Below the pieces are notes generated by a model. The model did not search any database, was not told the DNA's origin, and saw nothing but the letters and a program-made list of their open reading frames with translations. The translations under genes and the position numbers were made by a program. Positions 1 to 11,271 of a stretch of 64,000 bases of DNA are shown here, one piece after another. This DNA comes from an uncultured Aliarcobacter sp. (GTDB taxonomy: Bacteria; Campylobacterota; Campylobacteria; Campylobacterales; Arcobacteraceae): NCBI GenBank assembly GCA_963677435.1, contig OY781945.1:1056001-1120000 (forward strand), written 5' to 3'. Positions within the stretch are counted from its first letter, which is position 1. Every line of letters begins with the position of its first letter.

Positions 1-1349
1 GTTTGTGAAGAGATACTTGCTACATTATTTGCTTGATTAGCATTCTCTTGAGTAACTTGATCAAGAAGATTAACCATAGAATTTATCTGTTCAATTCCTT
101 GCATTTGTTCATTACTAGATTTACTAACATGTTGTATTATTTCTATTGTTTGTGAAATGTTTTTATTAAGTTCTTCATAACCTTTAATCATCATATCACT
201 TATATTTTTACCACTATTAGCTTTTTGTGTAGCTTTTTGAACAATATCTTTAATTTCTCTAGCTGCATCTGCACTTCTTGAAGCAAGATTTCTCACTTCT
301 GCTGCAACTACGGCAAAACCTTTTCCTGCTTCTCCTGCAGTTGCTGCTTCAACAGCAGCATTTAAAGATAAAATATTTGTTTGAAATGCAATTTGGTCAA
401 TAATAATTATTGCTTCGTTTATAGAAGTTACCTCTTGATTTATTTCATCCATAGAGATTGCAGTTTGACTTGCAAGTTTTTGACCATCATTTACAGCATC
501 TTTTACTATATTCCCAAGCTGAGACATTTCTTGCGCATTTTGTGCAGTATTTCGTGTAATACTTGTAATTTGTTCTAAGGATGCTGCTGTTTGTTCCAAT
601 GAGGCTGCTTGTTCATTAGCTTTTATGGCTAATGCGTTTACTGATTGAGCCATTGTAATTGAGTTAGAAGCTAGTGTTTGTCCATTTTCTAAATCAATTT
701 GAGCATTTGAAGATAAGGTTTTTCCTAAAAAATTAAGAGATGTTAAAGCATTTAGCATCTCTCCTTTTAAATTTTTTTTGATATTTAATTGATTTCTGAA
801 ATCATCTTTTGAATAAGATTCTAATAATTTTGCTAAGTTTGAAATATCTTCATTAACTTCATCTAACATTTTATTTATTGTATTTCTAAGAGTCATAATC
901 ATAGGATTTTTTGTTTGTGATTTTATTCTTGAACTATAAATTCCTTGTTCCACTCTGTCCATAGTTATTACAATTTCACCAAGAACCTTCATATCATCTT
1001 TTAAAGTGTTATCAAATTCAACTGAAGCACTATTTAATTTCTTGTGAAGTAGAGAAATTTCATCATTTCCATGTATAACTATTGGCAGATATTTATTGTT
1101 TTTAAATGATAGGAAATTTAAAAATTCATCAAAAGAGTTGGAGAATTTTATTAATTCATTTGCAATTGATTGATTAAATAAGAAACCTAATGTTGCCATT
1201 ATTAATCCAAAAATAATATTCAAAATAATGATTAATATTGTATTGTGTGTATTTATTCCTGCAACAGAAATACCTATAAAGCCAAACTGAGATATAAAAA
1301 TAAGAGTTGCTATTTTATTTTTAGTTTTTATGTTATTCAACATTTCCAT
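1..1349 (-). CDS. Methyl-accepting chemotaxis protein (3' end runs off the window)
   Basis: Not in the ORF track. ATG at 1349 with an AAGGAT RBS; in frame with the MCP signature [40 protein letters not shown] near 290-400; two N-terminal hydrophobic helices. Confidence 0.93.
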   Translation of the reverse strand, partial: MEMLNNIKTKNKIATLIFISQFGFIGISVAGINTHNTILIIILNIIFGLIMATLGFLFNQSIANELIKFSNSFDEFLNFLSFKNNKYLPIVIHGNDEISLLHKKLNSASVEFDNTLKDDMKVLGEIVITMDRVEQGIYSSRIKSQTKNPMIMTLRNTINKMLDEVNEDISNLAKLLESYSKDDFRNQLNIKKNLKGEMLNALTSLNFLGKTLSSNAQIDLENGQTLASNSITMAQSVNALAIKANEQAASLEQTAASLEQITSITRNTAQNAQEMSQLGNIVKDAVNDGQKLASQTAISMDEINQEVTSINEAIIIIDQIAFQTNILSLNAAVEAATAGEAGKGFAVVAAEVRNLASRSADAAREIKDIVQKATQKANSGKNISDMMIKGYEELNKNISQTIEIIQHVSKSSNEQMQGIEQINSMVNLLDQVTQENANQANNVASISSQ

Positions 1350-1435
1350 TTTATTATCCTTCTTACATAAATCTTTACATTATTGTAAATTATATGCAAG
1401 AAGCTTTCCTTGGGAGAAAAATTATTATTTATAAA

Positions 1436-4291
1436 TTATAAATTACTAATATTATTTGGAAGTTTTATTATTATTTTAAGTCCATCATTCTTATTATTTG
1501 CTGTAATCTCTCCTTTGAAATGTTCAGTAATAATAATTTTACTCATATATAAACCTATACCTGTTCCTACTTTACTGCTCTTCGTAGAGAAATAAGGTTC
1601 GAAAATTTTTTCTAAAATTGATTTTTCAACTCCCTTTGCATTATCTTCAATATTTATTATTAAATACTCTTGATTTAGTTTAGAAGAAATTTTTATAAAT
1701 TTATTTTTTATCTCTTTTTCGATTAATGCATCTTTTGAATTGGTTAAAATATTCAAAATTACTTGAGATAATTCATTTTTATATCCATAATATGACATTT
1801 CTGAATCTACATCAATATTAAATTCAATTTGGTATTTATCAAATATAGGTTTTATTAAAGAATATGTAGTATTTACTAAATCTTTAATTTTGAAAAATTC
1901 TTTTTCTTTTTTTGGTTTAAAAAAATCTTGAAAGTCATCAATTGTGTGAGAAAGATAATTTATTTGTTTTTGAAAATCAGTTTTTAATTTGTCAAAAACA
2001 TCATTTGTAAGATGTCCTTTTTTATATTTAATAATCATAGTATTTACAACTAAAGAGACATTGTTTAAAGGTTGTCTCCATTGGTGTGCAATCATATTAA
2101 GAATTAATCCCATTTCTGCCAATTTTGATTGTTGAAACATTATTGTTTGATGTTTTTCATTCTTTTCTATTTCTTCTTGAACTTTTTGTTCAAGATTTAT
2201 ATTTAATCTTTTTAATTTTCTTTGGGTATTTTTTAATTCGCTAATATCTATTATTGTACTAATTCTTAGGTTTGTTCCCTCAATTTGATGTCCTTTTACT
2301 AAAGCATCAAAGGTTGTTCCATCTTTTCTTATTAAGGTTATTTCATATGGTTCTTGAGTTGATGCTAATTTTTCTCTTATTTTATTATGTTGTTGTGAAA
2401 GTACAAAGTTAAAATGAGTTTTTTCATAAATCTCATCAAAATTATCATAATTTAGAATAGTTAAAAATTGTTTATTTGCTTTTATTAATTTTCCATCTTT
2501 GAAAATTCCAATTCCTTCGATGGTTGAATTTAGCCATTCATTTAGTTCTTGATTGTGCCGTTTAAGAATTATTACAAAAGCTAAAATGAAAATCAATATA
2601 ATAATAAAAATAGTAATAACTTTCCAAATGAGACTGTTATCAATAATTGTATTATATTTTGTAATTTTCCATTTCTCTTTGATTTGCTCAATATCTTTTT
2701 TATCAATGTTTTTAAGTCCTAAATTGATAATATTTAAAAGCTCAGGTTTTGAATTAATTACACCAAAAGAACCTTTTATCGGTTTGTCTCTACCTAAAAC
2801 ACCTGAAATTTTAAATTTTCCATAACCATATTTTTGAATTACTCTATCAATTGTAATATTATCAACAATATAACCATCTATTTCGCCATTGTTTAATTTT
2901 GTCATAGCTTTTTCTACATTATCATCAACAGTAATATTTATATTAGGGTACATATCCAATAAGTATTTTTCAAATACAGTATATTTTGTAATTAGTTTTT
3001 TATCTTCTAAAAAGTGACTATCTTCCATAAATGGTTTATCTATTTTTGTAACTATTACTAAATTTGATTCTAAATAAAAATTACTTGGATTAATGATCTT
3101 ATAGTCATTTTTCGGATCTTCAACGACTATTGTTATAAGATCACATTTATTATCTATTATATTTTGAAAATGACTTTTTGTATTTTTTAATTGAATTGGT
3201 TTAATTACTAAATTAAATTGATTTGCAATTTTATTTAATATATCTCCTGAAATACCAGTGAGTTTCCCATTATCAACACCATCAATTGGGAAAAGATTAT
3301 CCTGTAAACAAACATTAATAACATTGTTATTTTTTAAATAATTGTTTTTATAATATTTTATGAGTTCTTCTTTTTCTTTCCAAATAAAGTTATCTAAGTT
3401 TATCTCTTTATATTTTTGTGGAAATAATAGAGCGATTAAATTTTTTATTTCAGTGATTTTTTCTTCTTTAAACTCTCCAAAATTTTTCCCAAATCCGCTT
3501 AATGCTTTTAAAGTATTTGCTTCATAAAGTAAAGATTCTTTAGATTTATTAAGAGAGTTATATTTTGCATATATCAAATCTATAGTTTCAGGAATATGAT
3601 TAAATGCATAATCCCAACCTTTTTTTGAGGCATTCATAAAATCGCTTACAAGTTTGGGATTATTTTTTGCAAACTCTTCAGATGTAAAAACCATATCTCC
3701 ATAAAAATCAAAACCAAACTCTTTTGGATTAAAAACATTGTATTTAACTTTCTTTTCATCAAGTGCATATTGTTGGTTTGAGATATAAGCTACCATTCCA
3801 TCTGATTTTTTAGCAACAAATTTATCTACATCAAAAAAGTGAGAGATTGGATTTACTTTAATTTTATGGGATTCTAAAATAGCTTTTATTGATATGTTTT
3901 CCAACTCATTTATTGAAAATTCAATATTTCTATTTTTTAAAGAATCTAAAGTTTTGAAATTCTCTTGTGTAATTAAAGTAATGGGTGAAGTTTGAAATAT
4001 AGGGAAAAGAGCGACAATATTTGCACCATTTAGTTTATGATAAATTAAAGATGAATCATCTATTCCAAAATTGCTTTTATTTGAAATGATTTCTTCTTGA
4101 ATATTAATATTTTTTTCAAATTCTTTAATTTGTAAATCCAATCCAGCCTCTTTATAATAACCTAACTCTTTGGCCATATAAAAACCTGCAAATTGAAATT
4201 GGTTTTTCCATTTTAATTGAATTGATATAGGTTTTAACTCATTTGAATATAAAAAATTTGTAATTATAAAAATGAATAATAAATATTTCAT
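1436..4291 (-). CDS. Sensor histidine kinase (NMT1/THI5-like and SBP-family periplasmic domains, TM, PAS-like, HisKA, HATPase)
   Basis: QLKWKNQFQFAGFYMAKELGYY N-terminus; H-box IAHQWRQPL; G boxes DNAKG and GTGIGLY. Confidence 0.9.
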   Translation of the reverse strand: MKYLLFIFIITNFLYSNELKPISIQLKWKNQFQFAGFYMAKELGYYKEAGLDLQIKEFEKNINIQEEIISNKSNFGIDDSSLIYHKLNGANIVALFPIFQTSPITLITQENFKTLDSLKNRNIEFSINELENISIKAILESHKIKVNPISHFFDVDKFVAKKSDGMVAYISNQQYALDEKKVKYNVFNPKEFGFDFYGDMVFTSEEFAKNNPKLVSDFMNASKKGWDYAFNHIPETIDLIYAKYNSLNKSKESLLYEANTLKALSGFGKNFGEFKEEKITEIKNLIALLFPQKYKEINLDNFIWKEKEELIKYYKNNYLKNNNVINVCLQDNLFPIDGVDNGKLTGISGDILNKIANQFNLVIKPIQLKNTKSHFQNIIDNKCDLITIVVEDPKNDYKIINPSNFYLESNLVIVTKIDKPFMEDSHFLEDKKLITKYTVFEKYLLDMYPNINITVDDNVEKAMTKLNNGEIDGYIVDNITIDRVIQKYGYGKFKISGVLGRDKPIKGSFGVINSKPELLNIINLGLKNIDKKDIEQIKEKWKITKYNTIIDNSLIWKVITIFIIILIFILAFVIILKRHNQELNEWLNSTIEGIGIFKDGKLIKANKQFLTILNYDNFDEIYEKTHFNFVLSQQHNKIREKLASTQEPYEITLIRKDGTTFDALVKGHQIEGTNLRISTIIDISELKNTQRKLKRLNINLEQKVQEEIEKNEKHQTIMFQQSKLAEMGLILNMIAHQWRQPLNNVSLVVNTMIIKYKKGHLTNDVFDKLKTDFQKQINYLSHTIDDFQDFFKPKKEKEFFKIKDLVNTTYSLIKPIFDKYQIEFNIDVDSEMSYYGYKNELSQVILNILTNSKDALIEKEIKNKFIKISSKLNQEYLIINIEDNAKGVEKSILEKIFEPYFSTKSSKVGTGIGLYMSKIIITEHFKGEITANNKNDGLKIIIKLPNNISNL

Positions 4292-4449
4292 TATTTTCCT
4301 TGGGAATTATTCTTGATATTCTCTATTATAATATAATAACCTTTATAGTGATATTTTATATATAAAAATGACTATATAATGTAACAAATTTATAAGTGAA
4401 GTCATGATAAAATCTGAGTAGTCTGAGCGAAATGTAAGGAAACAACTAA

Positions 4450-5112
4450 ATGAAATATCATATTTTATTAATTGAAGATGATGAAAGTAGTGCAATATTA
4501 ATAAAAGATTTTTTAGCAGAATATGATTTTAAGGTAGATATAGCAAATAGTGTAACAACTGCAATTTCAAATATTAAGTTTGAAAATTACTCTTTGATTC
4601 TTCTTGATATAAATTTACCTGATTTTAATGGTTTTGAAGTATTGAAGTTTTTAAATAGAAATAAAATAAATATTCCAGCAATTGTAATAAGTGCATATTC
4701 TGATAAAAATACAAAACTTCAAGCTTTTAAATTTGGTGCAAATGATTATATGGTAAAACCAATTGATCCTGAAGAATTAGAAGTTAGGATTTGGGTTCAA
4801 TTAAAAAATATTTCCTCATTTACAGAAAAAATAAGTAAAAATATTTTTGTATTAGAAGAAGATGCAATCATTTTTAATGATAAACATTTAAAACTAACAA
4901 AAACAGAATTTGAAATTATGAAGTATTTAATAGAAAATAAAAATAGGGTTGTAGAGCGAGATTTTTTATTAACTTGTTTATCTTCAATAATTCAAAGTGA
5001 TAGAAGTCTTGATTATCATATAAAAAATATAAGAATTAAAATTGGTGATAATGGAGTTAATCCAAAATATTTAGTTACAGAGTATGGCGTTGGCTATAAG
5101 TTGATTTTTTAA
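4450..5112 (+). CDS. OmpR-family response regulator
   Basis: LLIEDD, LLDINLPD, KP motif; winged-helix C-terminus YGVGYK. Confidence 0.93.
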   Translation: MKYHILLIEDDESSAILIKDFLAEYDFKVDIANSVTTAISNIKFENYSLILLDINLPDFNGFEVLKFLNRNKINIPAIVISAYSDKNTKLQAFKFGANDYMVKPIDPEELEVRIWVQLKNISSFTEKISKNIFVLEEDAIIFNDKHLKLTKTEFEIMKYLIENKNRVVERDFLLTCLSSIIQSDRSLDYHIKNIRIKIGDNGVNPKYLVTEYGVGYKLIF

Positions 5113-5115
5113 AAT

Positions 5116-5140
5116 AAAAGCTAGAATTAACTAGCTTTTT
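5116..5140. terminator. Bidirectional intrinsic terminator
   Basis: AAAAGCTAG-aattaa-CTAGCTTTT between convergent genes. Confidence 0.75.
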
Positions 5141-5339
5141 ACTTCTTGCAATTATCTTTATCACAAGTTGTGTTGATTTTTAAAGGGCAATACAATGGAC
5201 ACCATCCAATAGCAGCTGTTATTAGTGGAATTAGACCAATTACTCCAAGTAAACTATTATTCATTGCTCCCAAAATAATAATAACTGAACCTACTATAAT
5301 CCTGATAATTCTATCAATTGTTCCTATATTTTTAGTCAT
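5139..5339 (-). CDS. DUF2892/YgaP-like small membrane protein
   Basis: NIGTIDRIIRIIVG...GWCPLYCPLKINT pattern. Confidence 0.85.
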   Translation of the reverse strand: MTKNIGTIDRIIRIIVGSVIIILGAMNNSLLGVIGLIPLITAAIGWCPLYCPLKINTTCDKDNCKK

Positions 5340-5387
5340 TTTAAATCCTTTCTGCTGATTTATATAATGATACTCTTATTTAGCTCT

Positions 5388-6881
5388 TTAGTTTATTCTT
5401 TCAAATTCTTTAATAATTTCATTTATATCTTCACATCCAACAGAAATACGAAGTAATTCAATAGGAAGTCCAATTTGTTTCAAAAACTCTTGACCTTTTT
5501 GTGATGTAATTAAATCATAATGTGCAAGATAAGTATAAGGCATTAAAAGTGTAAATTCAGTTCCTAAACTAGGACCCTTTGCAAAATTTAACTTATCATA
5601 TATTTTTCTAAAATCTTTTTTAAAAGTTACTGATACAATTCCTGTATATGAGTTTTCATCAATCATAAGTTTTTGATAGTTTGAAGCATATTTAGGATTT
5701 AAACAATAAAAAATCTCATCAATATAATCAGTTTCTTTAAAATATTCAACTAATTTTTTTGTATTTTCTGAGATAGTTTTTATTCTTTTTTCATAATTTT
5801 TTATCTCAAAACTAAGTCTTTGAATATCTTTTATATATGGCATGTCAGCATGTTTGAAAAATTCTTGAGAAATTGCAGAGATTTTAGAATTTTCATTTAA
5901 AATAACAGCTCCCATTAAAATATCAGCATTTCCACTTGCAAATTTTGTTAAAGATTCCACATAAATATCTGCATAAGGTTTTAAGTCCATATTAAAAGGT
6001 GTGGCAAAAGTTGCATCTATTACTAAAACAATATTATATTTTAAACATAGATTTTTTAATCTTGGTAAATCCACAGTTTGAAGCAGGGGATTTGTTGGGA
6101 TTTCTGTAATTATTGCTGAAATCGTATGACCATTTGTTTTTAGATAATCTTCAAGAAGATCAAGATTATTAATATCATAAAATATTTTATTCTCATCAAA
6201 ATAGTGCTCAACTATATTCATAGTATCTAGATATAACCAACCTAGTTGAATTAGTTTTGTTTTTCCATTTTTATTTTGAATAGTTCTTAATCCTCTTAGG
6301 GCACAATAAACTGCATTCATTCCAGAGGGAGTTAAACTAATATTCTTTTTTGGTTGAGAATAGGCATTTGCAAGAGATGAAATTACATTATCTAAAGCGA
6401 TAGTTTTATCATCTAACTCTTCTTTGTGTTTAATCTTTAATAAACCCTCATCAAATAGATAATCTTCAGCCAATCTTGAAGATAAGTTATATCCCACATG
6501 TTGAATAAACTTTAAAACTTTTTGAAGTTGCGTTGTTCCATTTTGAACTAAAATCACTCCAAAAGGCTCGTTTATTTCTATTTTATTATGAATGAAATAC
6601 TTACTACTTACGACATCAACAGCTTTTTGAGAGCTTAAAAGTACAACTTCATAGGCATTTGAAACTTTGTATTTCTCTTTTATATAAGTTGCCAAAAGTT
6701 TTAAATATGGATGCATTACAAATCTTGGATATGCACTTTTTATTTTTTCTAAAATCTCAGGAGTTTGTTCCTCATAATCAATAACATCTTGCAGTTGGGG
6801 CATAGAAACAGAAACTGCATGAATGTTATTAACTGGTAGTGTTTGGCCACAAGGAATGGGATTAAAAAGGCTTTGGTTCAT
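5388..6881 (-). CDS. PLP-dependent transsulfuration enzyme, Str2-like cystathionine gamma-synthase type
   Basis: SGMNA, EIPTNP, ESLTKF (PLP Lys), GPSLG, LRISVG; long N-terminal extension HAVSVSMP...YPRF..HP. Confidence 0.8.
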   Translation of the reverse strand: MNQSLFNPIPCGQTLPVNNIHAVSVSMPQLQDVIDYEEQTPEILEKIKSAYPRFVMHPYLKLLATYIKEKYKVSNAYEVVLLSSQKAVDVVSSKYFIHNKIEINEPFGVILVQNGTTQLQKVLKFIQHVGYNLSSRLAEDYLFDEGLLKIKHKEELDDKTIALDNVISSLANAYSQPKKNISLTPSGMNAVYCALRGLRTIQNKNGKTKLIQLGWLYLDTMNIVEHYFDENKIFYDINNLDLLEDYLKTNGHTISAIITEIPTNPLLQTVDLPRLKNLCLKYNIVLVIDATFATPFNMDLKPYADIYVESLTKFASGNADILMGAVILNENSKISAISQEFFKHADMPYIKDIQRLSFEIKNYEKRIKTISENTKKLVEYFKETDYIDEIFYCLNPKYASNYQKLMIDENSYTGIVSVTFKKDFRKIYDKLNFAKGPSLGTEFTLLMPYTYLAHYDLITSQKGQEFLKQIGLPIELLRISVGCEDINEIIKEFERIN

Positions 6882-6892
6882 TTTTTCTTTTT

Positions 6893-8044
6893 CTACTTTA
6901 CTGCTTGATTTATATCTTCTATTAAATCTTCTACACTTTCTAAACCAATAGAAAATCTAACAGTACTATCACTAATTCCAATAGCTGCTAACTCTTCTTT
7001 TGAAAAAGATGCGTGAGAAATTTTTGCAGGAATTTCAACTCTACTATCCGGACTTCCAAAAGAGCATTTTTCCCCAAATATTTTTGTATTTTCTATAAAT
7101 TTTTCTGCTAATTCAACACTATTGAAATCTACACAAAAAACACCTGGAATAAATTTCATCTGTTTTTTTGCCAATTCATGTTGTGGATGAGATTCTAAAG
7201 CAGGGTGAGTCACTTTTTTTATGTAATCTTGCTCTTCAAGGAATTTTGCAATTATAATAGAGTTTTTTTCATGTTCAACCATTCGCACTTTTAGTGTTGG
7301 AATTCCAAGACTTATTAAAAATACATCCATAGGATTTTGACTTCTTCCGTGAGCATTTGCATAGTAGTGAATTTGTTGTGATAGCTCTTTAGTTTTTGCA
7401 ACAATCGCTCCTGCAACCACACTTCCATGACCTGAAATATATTTTGTAGTTGAAAATAAAGAAAAATCTGCTCCAAACTCTAAAGGTCTTTGAGAAATAA
7501 ATGTAGCAAGTGAATTATCAACTGCAAAAAGTGCATTGTATTTATGCGATAAATCAGCCACTTGTTTTAAATCTATGATTTTTAAACCTGGATTTGTTGG
7601 GCTTTCGCATAGAATTAAATCAATAGGATTAGTTGCTAAAATATGTTCTAACATTTCAAAATCTAAAAAGTCTGCAAAGTGAACAGTAATGTTATATTTT
7701 TCTTTAAAGATTTTTAATAATCTAAAAGTTCCACCATAACAATCAGCTTCTACTAAAATATGAGAATTTGCTTTTAAAACAGTTTCAAATAGTAAAGATA
7801 CACAAGCAATTCCTGTGTGTGTACAAACGCAACCAGCTCCACCTTCTACATGAGTAAATAGGTTTTCTAAAACTTCTCTTGTAGGATTATCACTTCTTGT
7901 ATAATCATAAATTTTATCGCCAGTTTGTTTTTTTAAATCAAATGTTCCAGTATTATAAATTGGAAAGTGAGAAGCACCGCTTAGATCCTCAAAAGGTGCA
8001 AAAGATGCAATATGGCATAAAGATGTTTCTATTTGTTCACTCAT
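6893..8044 (-). CDS. Cys/Met metabolism PLP enzyme (cystathionine beta-lyase/gamma-synthase family)
   Basis: YTRSDNPT, YGGT, ESPTNP, STTKYISGHG, VRFSIGLE; probable start ATG 8044 after an AGGA RBS. Confidence 0.88.
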   Translation of the reverse strand: MSEQIETSLCHIASFAPFEDLSGASHFPIYNTGTFDLKKQTGDKIYDYTRSDNPTREVLENLFTHVEGGAGCVCTHTGIACVSLLFETVLKANSHILVEADCYGGTFRLLKIFKEKYNITVHFADFLDFEMLEHILATNPIDLILCESPTNPGLKIIDLKQVADLSHKYNALFAVDNSLATFISQRPLEFGADFSLFSTTKYISGHGSVVAGAIVAKTKELSQQIHYYANAHGRSQNPMDVFLISLGIPTLKVRMVEHEKNSIIIAKFLEEQDYIKKVTHPALESHPQHELAKKQMKFIPGVFCVDFNSVELAEKFIENTKIFGEKCSFGSPDSRVEIPAKISHASFSKEELAAIGISDSTVRFSIGLESVEDLIEDINQAVK

Positions 8045-8164
8045 AATAATCCTAAGTTTTTTTGGAATTGTATCTAAAATCATATTAAGCCTAAAAAATT
8101 GTTTTTAATTTATTCTGAGATAAAAAATGATATAAGTATAAAATTAAAAATTTTGGAGTTAATT

Positions 8165-8329
8165 ATGAAAAAAACTATGCTATTAATTATATTAATAATT
8201 TTATTTCAAGGTTGTGCAACATGGTATGGTATAAAAAAAGATAGTAGTGATGCTTGGAAAGCAACAAAAGAGACTACATCAAAGGCATATGATTCTACAA
8301 AAGAAGCAATTCACGAAGCAACAGAATAA
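8165..8329 (+). CDS. Small entericidin-like lipoprotein
   Basis: GGAG RBS, ATG 8165, MKKTMLL... with lipobox FQGC followed by ATWYGIKKDSS. Confidence 0.75.
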   Translation: MKKTMLLIILIILFQGCATWYGIKKDSSDAWKATKETTSKAYDSTKEAIHEATE

Positions 8330-8388
8330 AAAATTTAAGATATTTATAGTATCGATTCAAATCGGTATTAAAAATATCTTTAATAATT

Positions 8389-8919
8389 TTAACTATGTTG
8401 TTTTTGGTTAACAATTAAACTTTTATTATCTGTAATTAAAGTTAATTCTTCATCAGTAATATTACATTGTAAAGTTATACTTCTTTTAACTAAATCTTCA
8501 ATATCTTCTGGAAGTTCAAGGTGAATAACAGAAAGATTTTTAAATCTATTAATACTTTTTTCTAATTGTTTAAGCCAAGGAGTTGACAAATTTTCTTGAT
8601 AAGTATAAATAATTACTTTTTCAGATCTACCACAAGCTTTTTTGATTCTTTTTTCATCTGGTTGACCCACATCTATCCATAATTTTATATCATCACCATA
8701 ATCTTTTTCCCATAAGTCAGGCTCATCGTCTTCTGCGATACCTTTGCAAAATACTAAGTCTTCACTAGCATTTAAAATAAATGCAACAATTCGTGCCATT
8801 AAACGCAATTCAGTTTCACTAGGGTGTAAAGCTAGTGTTAAATTGTGTTCATTGTAATAGTTCGTATCCATATTAGCAATATTCAGAAATGCTTTATAGA
8901 TTGTCGATTTTGTGGACAA
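8389..8919 (-). CDS. yaeQ: YaeQ family protein
   Basis: KSTIYKA, LALHPSET, DEPDLW, WIDVGQPDEKRIKKACGR. Confidence 0.9.
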   Translation of the reverse strand: MSTKSTIYKAFLNIANMDTNYYNEHNLTLALHPSETELRLMARIVAFILNASEDLVFCKGIAEDDEPDLWEKDYGDDIKLWIDVGQPDEKRIKKACGRSEKVIIYTYQENLSTPWLKQLEKSINRFKNLSVIHLELPEDIEDLVKRSITLQCNITDEELTLITDNKSLIVNQKQHS

Positions 8920-9127
8920 ATTAATTCCTTTTTCTTGAGTTTGGCGAATTATAGCACTTAATTATCATTACTTTTCTAAATGCAAGGAAAAGATTGGAAT
9001 ATTAGTTAAGATTATGAGAATTTGCTAGAAGAATAACAGAGAATTTCTGATTTTTATAGTTATATAGTAGGGATATCTTTTAAATATTAAATTATAATTA
9101 ATAAAAGATATATTTTTAAATAGTACC

Positions 9128-9682
9128 CTATGAATTATTTGTTATCACACTTTTTATTTTTAATGCAATTAATAGTAAAAGAGAAATTAAAGCAAAATAA
9201 AGTACTAAAAAAACTGTTGTTATACTATCAAGTATTGATAAATTTAATTTTTCATCAATTATTGATTCTATTAAAATATAAATTGTAATTGCAGGTAATA
9301 TATTCAAAATTAATATTTCCATAATATAATATAGAGGCAGTCTGTTTAAACTTAATCCTTTATCTTGATAAGTTTTTTTTAAAAAACTTATCTTTTTATT
9401 AAATTCAATTAATCTAATCATTATTAATGATAATAAGAGAATAAATGATAATGCAATTATATTGCAAATGTTAAGTTTATAATAATTGTTAAATATGGAT
9501 ATAACAATTGTCACGCAAATAGAAACTCCGAGAGTCATAGCTTTGTCATTAGAAGAACTAATAGATTCTGGATATTTTAATTGTAAATAAATATAACACA
9601 AACCAGAAATGATTATTAGCGATATAAGTATAAAAATTATATTTGATAAATGTATTCGTATATAATCATTTATGTATGGCAT
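9128..9682 (-). CDS. Hypothetical multi-pass membrane protein
   Basis: 184-aa ORF with about 5 hydrophobic segments; very AT-rich; no motif recognised. Confidence 0.55.
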   Translation of the reverse strand: MPYINDYIRIHLSNIIFILISLIIISGLCYIYLQLKYPESISSSNDKAMTLGVSICVTIVISIFNNYYKLNICNIIALSFILLLSLIMIRLIEFNKKISFLKKTYQDKGLSLNRLPLYYIMEILILNILPAITIYILIESIIDEKLNLSILDSITTVFLVLYFALISLLLLIALKIKSVITNNS

Positions 9683-9779
9683 GTTAATTCTAAATTGAAA
9701 AACAAATAGAAAATTTTCATTAACAAAATTACAGAAGTTTAAATAAAATATAAGATTTCCTTAAAGTAAAAGTAATACT

Positions 9780-9953
9780 TTAACTTATTTCTACTTTAAT
9801 CCATTTTAATATAATATTTTCGTCTTAAACCATAATTCTAGGACTTTAATTTTATAGATTTTGGGAATTTACCCTCACTAACTCATAACTAAATTGTGCT
9901 TTTTGCTATTCCAGTTTTTTCATTACTTCTACTATTCTCAAAAAATTGCTCAT
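9780..9953 (-). pseudogene. alpA: AlpA-family (prophage regulator/excisionase) pseudogene
   Basis: AGGAG RBS then MSNFLRIVEVMKK/GIAKSTI*L*VSEGKFPKSIKL/SPRIMV*DENIILKWI: two frameshifts and stops at positions where AlpA usually has Trp. Confidence 0.8.
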
Positions 9954-10389
9954 TCTTTTTATTCTCCTTTCAAAGTTTAAGGGATGATTCCATCTTATCT
10001 GTTGATACTTTTCATTAAAGTATCAACAATCTAAAAGCCCACATTTCATTAAGTAGTTTAGACTTTTTTGGTATATTAGCTTTTATTATTTTTATTACTT
10101 AATTTACAAATAGAAGTATGAATTCTATTTTTATTTTTGAAGCTTGAATCATCTATTGCTTATTTTCAAAATTAATATATCTCAAAAAGCTTTAGATTTG
10201 ATGATAATTACTGGACGGTAATATTTATAAAAGAGCTGAAAGTGCCATTATATGGTGCTTTTTATGCTTCGTAAGTTTTTTTGGATTGTGTATTGTGGAA
10301 ATCTACACCATTCCAGGTTCTTCTAAAGCCTATACTTTAGGGCTTTACTTTAATTGCTATAGAATTTAAAAACTATTACCAATATAATT

Positions 10390-11271
10390 CTAAATCATTG
10401 AACTAGGTGCTACTCCAAACATTCTTGAAAATTCCCTGCTAAATTGAGAAGGACTTTCATATCCTACTTGAAATGCAATTTCATGTACTTCTTTATTTTG
10501 TAAAAGTAACAGCTGTTTTGCTTCATCAAGACGAAGTTTTTTCTGAAATTGAATTGGAGACATTGAAGTAATAGTTTTAAAGTGTTGATACAAAGAAGAT
10601 TCACTCATCTCAATATTATCTGCTAATTCTTTTATATTTAGTTTTTTATCAAAATTTTCTTTTATTAGGTTAATAGTTTGAGCAATTTTATTTGACACTG
10701 TACCTTCCATTGAAAATTTTCTAATAAAATATCCTGATTTACTTTTCAGTAAATTATAAAGAATCTCTTTAATCATAAGAGGGTATAGAAAATCAATATC
10801 TTCTTTTTCTCTTTCTAATAATTTAACTAGTCTGTAAATTGATTCATAGAATTCAATATTCATTTCATTAAAACATAAACCTTTTTCGGCTTGTGAATCA
10901 ATTGGTATTATTGGAGAATTTATATTTTTAAGTACTTCATGAATATCTTTAAGATTAAATTTTATTCTTAATGAAATATAAGGTTTTTCATTTGAGGCTT
11001 CACTTATTCTTATTCTTGCAGGTAAATGTGTTGAAGATATTAAATAATCTTTTTCATTGTAGTTATATAATTTGTTAGCAAAAATTACATCTTTAGCACC
11101 TTGGAGTATTATGCAAATTGAAGGTTCATACATAATACTTATTTGTTCTGAAAGAGTTTTAGAAAAATAAAAATCTAGATTTTGAATTTGACTTTGAAAA
11201 TCGCCTTCAAATTTATATTTAGTAATTAAACTAATCATTTCATTTCTGTATTCTTCGAAAGTGTTACTCAT
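10390..11271 (-). CDS. AraC-family regulator (AraC_N/YqhC-like)
   Basis: YEPSICIILQGAK; MSPIQFQKKLRL; VGYESPSQFSREFSRMFG. Confidence 0.92.
   Translation of the reverse strand: MSNTFEEYRNEMISLITKYKFEGDFQSQIQNLDFYFSKTLSEQISIMYEPSICIILQGAKDVIFANKLYNYNEKDYLISSTHLPARIRISEASNEKPYISLRIKFNLKDIHEVLKNINSPIIPIDSQAEKGLCFNEMNIEFYESIYRLVKLLEREKEDIDFLYPLMIKEILYNLLKSKSGYFIRKFSMEGTVSNKIAQTINLIKENFDKKLNIKELADNIEMSESSLYQHFKTITSMSPIQFQKKLRLDEAKQLLLLQNKEVHEIAFQVGYESPSQFSREFSRMFGVAPSSMI

Noticed and set aside
381..578. Short ORFs antisense or internal to long genes (e.g. 381-578, 2553-2825, 38224-38467, 53206-53412, 60609-60906, 63471-63791)
   Set aside because: Shadow frames of well-supported genes.
1436..5112. 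Kinase with tandem periplasmic binding domains as a novelty
   Set aside because: To my knowledge this architecture is common in Arcobacter-type genomes, and nothing distinctive is visible here.
10301..10310. ATCTACACCA resembling the tmRNA 3' end (ATCTCCACCA) as a possible att site
   Set aside because: Only 9/10 nt match and it is inverted relative to ssrA; an att duplication should be a direct repeat.
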